NCBI GenBank assembly: GCA_913056195.1
Contig: CAJXMF010000001.1
Coordinates: 36,270 to 100,269 of the forward strand
Length of the DNA stretch: 64,000 bases
Direction of reading: 5' to 3'
Origin: an uncultured Methylococcaceae bacterium
Lineage (GTDB): Bacteria > Pseudomonadota > Gammaproteobacteria > Methylococcales > Methylomonadaceae
Part shown: positions 59,060 through 64,000 of the stretch, in pieces
Layout: every line of letters begins with the position of its first letter
How positions within the stretch are numbered: the first letter of the stretch is position 1
Program-made: the position numbers and the translations under genes
The notes under the pieces: generated by a model
The model's database searches: none
What the model was told of the DNA's origin: nothing
The model's input: the letters and a program-made list of their open reading frames with translations, nothing else

Positions 59060-59814
59060 TGGTTCTCCAAATCCATCCATACTTTGCGACCATTAACAAT
59101 CATGCTGCGCAGACTGGCAGCAGGGTTTGGAATGGAAAGTTCCGGGAAACGAATATGTCGGTAAATGTATTCGCCAATCATCAATAATCCAATTAACAGA
59201 TAAATAATCAGCCCATTGTACAACGCCCACCATCGATCACTTGCCCACACAGCCAAAACAATACAAAACACAGCATTAAAGGCGAAAAACACCGTCCAGA
59301 TCAATGTCAGCCGGGCTAAATAATCACTGATACCCGGGGGGAACTGTGGAAACTCCAGGCGAACAAAGCGTTCGATGAAGGACGGTCCGTGGTTTTTCAA
59401 CAAGGTTCGGCCAAACACGAACATCAGCATCAATTGAATCAATACCGGCATTGCCTTAGCGGTCAGTGTTTGTATATAAAAAGCGCCTAATAACAGCACA
59501 ACCGCGATGCTGACTTTATAGAGTCTGGTTTTAAAGCGGCGGACTTTTACCGCCTGTAATAAATAAATTGCCGAAAACAATGTTGGCGCAACCCAGGCCA
59601 TATGCTGCTGGATACCGATATAAACCAACAGCGGATAGGCCATAAAAAAACAAGTGACAATAATGCCTTTCGTCATGCCGACAAGACTTAAGCCGGATTG
59701 AGCCTGAATCTGTTTATTGCCGGCCTGAATAATCGCCTCTGCGGATTGTTTGGACGACAGCGTACTGCGATTTCGCGATTTACGTTTGCGGCGTTTTTTA
59801 TAATGACTCATCAA
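59056..59814 (-). CDS. Integral membrane protein (COG4648-like, as found in aryl-polyene/xanthomonadin clusters)
   Basis: Basic N-tail and ~6 TM helices. GRTLLKNHGPSFIERFVRLE...PPGISDYLARLTLIW...WWALYNGLIIYLLIGLLMIGEYIYR resembles my memory of this family. Confidence 0.5.
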   Translation of the reverse strand: MMSHYKKRRKRKSRNRSTLSSKQSAEAIIQAGNKQIQAQSGLSLVGMTKGIIVTCFFMAYPLLVYIGIQQHMAWVAPTLFSAIYLLQAVKVRRFKTRLYKVSIAVVLLLGAFYIQTLTAKAMPVLIQLMLMFVFGRTLLKNHGPSFIERFVRLEFPQFPPGISDYLARLTLIWTVFFAFNAVFCIVLAVWASDRWWALYNGLIIYLLIGLLMIGEYIYRHIRFPELSIPNPAASLRSMIVNGRKVWMDLENQ

Positions 59815-60374
59815 TCAACAATTTTATAGACTTTGCCATTGCGGAAATGTACACGGAAGCGATTGAAGCGGCCACTCCAATAGGTCCAGATATTCATGTT
59901 CAGATCAGGCGTTTCGGTGATCGGCGGATAGCCAATGGCTACCAGTACAGCTTTTTTACGCATGCCTTTGCCAACCGAACCTTTTTTGATATGGCGACGT
60001 TCCAGACGATTAAACTGCCTTAAATTCACTTTGCGTTTAGCAAATAATTTGTCAAATGCAGCAAAAATATCATCGCCGGTATGTTTTTTGACATTTTTGA
60101 TCAACAAAGGCCTGGCCATATTCTCCGGCTGGACCTCTATAGTTTTGGACTTGATGTTCAACAATCTCACTTTGGTATTGACTGGAATAGATGCACCACG
60201 GCGAAAATTGGTCGTTAAATGCACGCCTTTTTCATAGCGGATCACAAATTGGGTATAGTAATTGTCGCCGACGACGATATGGGCGGGTAATTCATCAGGT
60301 TTCAAAGTTTTATTACAGGCCGTCAACAGTATGGCTATCGACAATAAAAACAGACTGCGGATCAATAATTTCAT
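59811..60374 (-). CDS. Lipoprotein with BamE/SmpA-OmlA-like C-terminal motif
   Basis: Start at ATG 60374 after an AGGAG RBS. Lipobox LLTAC, with the C-terminal motif GMRKKAVLVAIGYP...W.Y...F...V.F.NGKVYKI. Confidence 0.6.
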   Translation of the reverse strand: MKLLIRSLFLLSIAILLTACNKTLKPDELPAHIVVGDNYYTQFVIRYEKGVHLTTNFRRGASIPVNTKVRLLNIKSKTIEVQPENMARPLLIKNVKKHTGDDIFAAFDKLFAKRKVNLRQFNRLERRHIKKGSVGKGMRKKAVLVAIGYPPITETPDLNMNIWTYWSGRFNRFRVHFRNGKVYKIVD

Positions 60375-60790
60375 AGCAACATCTCCTGGCTGAAAGATAA
60401 ATAAAGTGGCTGTAATGGTTAGGGCGATCGCCAAAAAAACTAACTCAGATATTACACCAGACCGCTCTCTATAGTAATGCGTTACTTAAAGACTGTTTCG
60501 ACCGTGGATGTGTGTTTTGCCTAAAGCGCTGTTCCGGTTTTAGTCTTTAATCGGTGCATCATCGCTCGTTATGGCTCCAGCATCAAATTGTGGCTTTAAT
60601 TTTCGACGCATAAGATGAGGAAATTCTATCTGTTTTTTTGGGGATACAATTTGGCAGAGGCAAGTTCTTGTAAAATTCAATATAAACAACTGAATTTTAA
60701 CAAAATTAAAGAAACCTTCCCATTTTTATGAAATATCCGGATTAAGGTACGCATCGCCTACCAGAGAGCATGATTTTACGGTTTTATGTT

Positions 60791-60819
60791 TGCCATGGTA
60801 CGCAATGCGCACCATGGCA
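60791..60819. promoter_or_regulatory. 29-bp near-perfect palindrome TGCCATGGTACGC-aat-GCGCACCATGGCA
   Basis: 13-bp arms with one mismatch, read from the sequence. Lies in the 480-nt gap between the cytochrome gene and the downstream operon. Confidence 0.35.
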
Positions 60820-60850
60820 GGATAAATGTGACAAAGCTGACCTACTCAAG

Positions 60851-60906
60851 GCAAAAGTTGCGCAGCAGCTGTTTGCTATCGATGTTTGAAGAAAACAGCT
60901 GTGCGC
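60851..60906 (-). terminator. Terminator candidate for the cytochrome gene
   Basis: On the minus strand a 14-bp stem with one bulge (GCGCACAGCTGTTTT/AAACAGCTGCTGCGC) begins 11 nt after the stop. It is followed by AACTTTTG. Confidence 0.4.
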
Positions 60907-60916
60907 ATTTACTGCA

Positions 60917-63775
60917 TTAGTCGTCGAAGCTCTTTTTAAGGCTGTGACAGAGATTGCAACTAACCTCATCGCCGGCCTTCAAGGACACCAGCACCTTGCC
61001 TTTTTTATTTTTTAAGACGCGATCTACCGGTACTTTCGCCAGGCGCGTGCCGAGGTGATCGGCGCCATGACAGGCTGCACAGCTGTCGCCGTTGCCGCGG
61101 TTCTTGGCAAAATGACCATGCACGTCTTCATCGAGCCAGTTCGGATCGTTGACCGGGTGCATGCCATGCGGACCGTCCATAGTACCATTGGGGAAGCTGT
61201 TGGCTTCGTGGCAGGTGGTACATTCGGTGATGGTGCCGGTGTGTCCCTGCAGCTGCATTGCCGTGACATTATCATTGGCATCCGGATTGCGGTTTGGCCA
61301 GATGGCATGCGGACTGCCGTGGCAGGATTCACAACCCAGGTTGGCATGGCCGTCCAGACTGTCGCGATACAGGGTGTTGTCATTTTCGGCAAAACGCGGG
61401 GTTTTAGCTGGCGTTGGTTCCGCGGCCGGATCATTGGCGGCGTATGCCAGTTTGGCGACAGGTTCGCTGCCGATGCCGCTGTGACAGGATCCGCACTGTG
61501 GTTCTTGAGCCCAGGGCTCACGTACTGTGCCATCCTGGCGGGTAAATTCCCCGCCCATAGCCAGCAAGTCGCCATGGCAGCTGTCGCATTTCTGGCCGGC
61601 AGTGAACATTCTGCCGCGGAAGCATTGGGTGATCTTGCCGGGATGACATTGAAAGCAGTTCTTCTCCATCGGTACGTTGTCTCCGAAAGGGATCAGGGTA
61701 ATAATGCCGTTCTGATTTTGCGGATCAAGCAACACTGGATCGCCCTGAAAGTCCCGGATCAGGGCGCCCTGTGCATCGACCTGCAGTTTGCCATGGAAGC
61801 CATGCATGACTTTCGACATGCTGTCGAGGAACGGATTGCCGCCCGGTCCGCCGACTACGGCAAGGGCATTGGAGCGGTGACAGCCGGCGCAGAGAACAGG
61901 TTGATCCTGGGCGATGAAATCGGTGCCATGCTTGAAATCATGCAACATCAGGATATTCTTCTTGGCCGCCCTTTCCACATCAAGGCGGTCGCTGGAAGCG
62001 GGTGCGACGAACTGGGGGCCAGCGCTGCGTGCCGCCGTGTCGGCGCCGACCTTGCCGGCGGTATGACAATCCCGGCAATCGACTTCTGCTGATACCGGCG
62101 CGACCACATCGGTGGTGGCCAGCACCGCGCCGTTGTTGCTGTCGATGGCCTGGATGCGCAGCAGTGGGTAGGAATTCAGACGCCCCTTGTCATCGACAGA
62201 GGTCATGGGAATGCCCTGAGCGGTATGCCAACCCTTGTCAATAATGTATTTGCTGAAATCCTGTGGATCATTGACAACATAAGGATCACTGATGCCTGGC
62301 ATGTAGCGGCCGTGACCCTGATCGAGATTATCCAGGGTCAGCAGGCCTTCGTCGAAGGCCGGGTTCAATCCTGGAAACAGCAGGGAAGCGATGCTTTGAC
62401 CGTTGAAATCATCCCAGAAATCAGACTTCCGGATCGTGGCATCGGCCAGTAGACTGCCCAGAGGGAAATTCTGGCTGGTGGAGTTGATCGAGTCGGGTCC
62501 GACGGGATCATTGGGATTGGTCGTCGCAGAATATTTCAACGCGACCGAACTGGCGTCAAGAATCAGAGGTTTGTTGGCGCCTGTCATACCCTTGCGTATG
62601 GCATGTGCATTGATGGTATTGAACGGTGGCAATATATTCAGCGGGTAGGAACCCAGATCGGCGCAGTGCATGCCCAGATCATTGAAGGGCAGCACCACAT
62701 GCTGGCCGTCGCCCGCTGCGGCAGAGCCCGGAGCCGGCTGCAGGGGCACCATGCCGCCCGGTAAACCCGGCGTGCCGGTACCGACGATGACGGTCATGCT
62801 GTCGGTACAGCGCGCACCCTGGTCATCGGTAACGATAAAATGTACCAGGAAGCTGCCGTTGTTGACATCGAAGACAACATCGCCCGGCACTAATACCATG
62901 GGACGTACATCGGCGCCGCCATTGAAATCCCATTCATAGCTCAAAGGCATACCTTCGGGATCACTGGCTGTACCGGCAAAATTGACGCTCTCGCCCAGGT
63001 TGATAGTGACCGTGGTGCTGGCAGGGCTGGTAATGGAGCAGCTTGGTGGTTGATTGCTGACAGGTGGGGGCGTTGATGGCGTCGAACAATCCTCGGGAGC
63101 ATGCTCAACATCCTTGCTGGCGCTCAACTGATCGGCCTGAACCTTGACGCGACAAGGGACTTGCGTCGGGTCCTCGACCCTGAAAGAAAAATGGGACGGA
63201 TCCTCACTCCGGTTTTTATCGGAAAGCAATGCACCGGTAATGTCGTCATAGAGCTTTACCGATTGCGGCTGTCCGCCTTTGAATTCACCCTTGACGGTGA
63301 GCCGCTTGTCTTTATATTTGGCATCGTCAATCTTGATTTTCTGAAGGCTACCGCCCCCCAAATCACCAGAACCTTCTTCGCTACCGCTGCAATTGTCCGG
63401 TGCTTTTTTAACCGATTTGCTGCGACTCACATGGCCCAGTTGTACTCTGACCGAACAGGGCACTGCTGCGCCTTGCAGGTCTTTCACTTCCAGGGTCAGT
63501 GATCTTTTTTTGCTTTTCTTTTGCAACAACAGTTGTCCGGTTTGTGCATCGAACAAGGATACCGAAAAAGGTTTTTCGCCTTTCAGTTTTATCTTGACCT
63601 TAAGCCGGTGTTTTCCAGCATCATATTTGGCACTCTTAATCGACAGATGTGTTTCATGCTTTTCACTGCCCGACTTCTCTTCATCGTCCGCCATAACGAT
63701 GAAATTGATTGATAAACTGGCGATGATGATGGCCAGCCATTGCAGTAGCCATCTTTGTATGGTTCTGTTGCTCAT
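60917..63775 (-). CDS. Secreted multihaem c-type cytochrome (nine CXXCH) with N-terminal tandem repeats and a PKD-like domain
   Basis: 952 aa with an AAGGGGG RBS and a signal-anchor-like N-terminus. Haem motifs: CRDCH, CAGCH, CFQCH, CDSCH, CGSCH, CESCH, CTTCH, CAACH, CNLCH. PKD-like segment NFAGTASDPEGMPLSYEWDF. Confidence 0.85.
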   Translation of the reverse strand: MSNRTIQRWLLQWLAIIIASLSINFIVMADDEEKSGSEKHETHLSIKSAKYDAGKHRLKVKIKLKGEKPFSVSLFDAQTGQLLLQKKSKKRSLTLEVKDLQGAAVPCSVRVQLGHVSRSKSVKKAPDNCSGSEEGSGDLGGGSLQKIKIDDAKYKDKRLTVKGEFKGGQPQSVKLYDDITGALLSDKNRSEDPSHFSFRVEDPTQVPCRVKVQADQLSASKDVEHAPEDCSTPSTPPPVSNQPPSCSITSPASTTVTINLGESVNFAGTASDPEGMPLSYEWDFNGGADVRPMVLVPGDVVFDVNNGSFLVHFIVTDDQGARCTDSMTVIVGTGTPGLPGGMVPLQPAPGSAAAGDGQHVVLPFNDLGMHCADLGSYPLNILPPFNTINAHAIRKGMTGANKPLILDASSVALKYSATTNPNDPVGPDSINSTSQNFPLGSLLADATIRKSDFWDDFNGQSIASLLFPGLNPAFDEGLLTLDNLDQGHGRYMPGISDPYVVNDPQDFSKYIIDKGWHTAQGIPMTSVDDKGRLNSYPLLRIQAIDSNNGAVLATTDVVAPVSAEVDCRDCHTAGKVGADTAARSAGPQFVAPASSDRLDVERAAKKNILMLHDFKHGTDFIAQDQPVLCAGCHRSNALAVVGGPGGNPFLDSMSKVMHGFHGKLQVDAQGALIRDFQGDPVLLDPQNQNGIITLIPFGDNVPMEKNCFQCHPGKITQCFRGRMFTAGQKCDSCHGDLLAMGGEFTRQDGTVREPWAQEPQCGSCHSGIGSEPVAKLAYAANDPAAEPTPAKTPRFAENDNTLYRDSLDGHANLGCESCHGSPHAIWPNRNPDANDNVTAMQLQGHTGTITECTTCHEANSFPNGTMDGPHGMHPVNDPNWLDEDVHGHFAKNRGNGDSCAACHGADHLGTRLAKVPVDRVLKNKKGKVLVSLKAGDEVSCNLCHSLKKSFDD

Positions 63776-63965
63776 GTTGCGCCCCCTTACAATATTGTTC
63801 TTGGATTTTGGATCAGTATTTTGAACTTAGCATGGCAATCTTAAGCGGACATTAGATTAGTGCAGATTCAATGCTGAAGCGCACAAACAGTAAACCTGTA
63901 TTGCTCGCAAAATCAGAGCAAAGCGCGGTATCATAGCGTCACCATTGATTAGCCACTCATTGAAC

Positions 63966-64000
63966 ATGACACTCAGCGTATTCGATATATTCAAAATTGG
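63966..64000 (+). CDS. sdaA: L-serine ammonia-lyase, first 11 codons only (continues beyond the window)
   Basis: ATG then TLSVFDIFKIG matches the very conserved SdaA N-terminus (S-x-FD-x-FK-[IV]-G). Too short to be certain. Confidence 0.45.
   Translation, partial: MTLSVFDIFKI

Noticed and set aside
61055-62092. 345-aa plus-strand ORF and several other ORFs of 80-180 aa overlapping the cytochrome gene
   Set aside because: They are shadow ORFs typical of GC-rich coding DNA. They are Ala/Gly/Arg-rich, lack motifs, and are antisense or out of frame relative to a gene with nine CXXCH motifs.
1-64000. Searched by eye for CRISPR arrays, IS elements/transposases, integrases, toxin-antitoxin pairs and rRNA
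   Set aside because: I found no regularly spaced direct repeats, no transposase- or integrase-like translations in the ORF track, and no rRNA-like sequence. An unaided visual scan cannot exclude short or degenerate elements.

Overview
The window is a 64-kb chromosomal segment from a Gammaproteobacterium. This is inferred from E. coli-like proteins and synteny: crp divergent from yhfA, nadC next to ampD, and recognisable speD, nudE, ychJ and clpB. Hand counts put typical lines in the mid-40s % GC. Coding density is high. I saw one tRNA (Arg-CCT) and no rRNA, CRISPR array, transposase or integrase. Recognisable blocks, in order: fxsA (partial), uvrD, modABC, clpB with a sigma32-type promoter, a hypA-B-F-C-(SIS)-D-E [NiFe]-hydrogenase maturation operon, a LysR/methyltransferase/rhodanese unit, typA, polyamine genes (speA, speE, speD) around crp, a CoA-disulfide-reductase/rhodanese fusion, a six-gene TonB2/Ttp-type energy-transduction cluster, DAHP synthase, a thiS-thiG fusion, trmB, a solitary dynamin-like GTPase, pyrE, nadC and ampD. 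The most unusual region is the last ~13 kb on the minus strand. It starts with a GC-rich gene for a secreted nine-heme c-type cytochrome. This is followed by an 11-gene, tightly overlapping unit. The first part of that unit is an envelope lipid-export module of the aryl-polyene type (lipoprotein, COG4648-like membrane protein, LolA-like protein, MMPL exporter) with no biosynthetic genes nearby. The second part is a small-GTPase signalling module: a CvnD/COG2229-type GTPase, a canonical and a cryptic Roadblock/LC7 protein, an atypical receiver protein, a stand-alone Aer-type PAS protein and a cytoplasmic PhnD-like binding protein. This module resembles Streptomyces conservons and the Myxococcus MglA/MglB/RomR switch, but I cannot match its composition to any characterised system. 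Smaller observations include an orphan minus-strand terminator that suggests an sRNA with two CCUCC motifs, a three-tier extragenic hairpin, and several palindromic candidate operators. All functional calls come from reading the translations and from memory of protein families. No database search was run.
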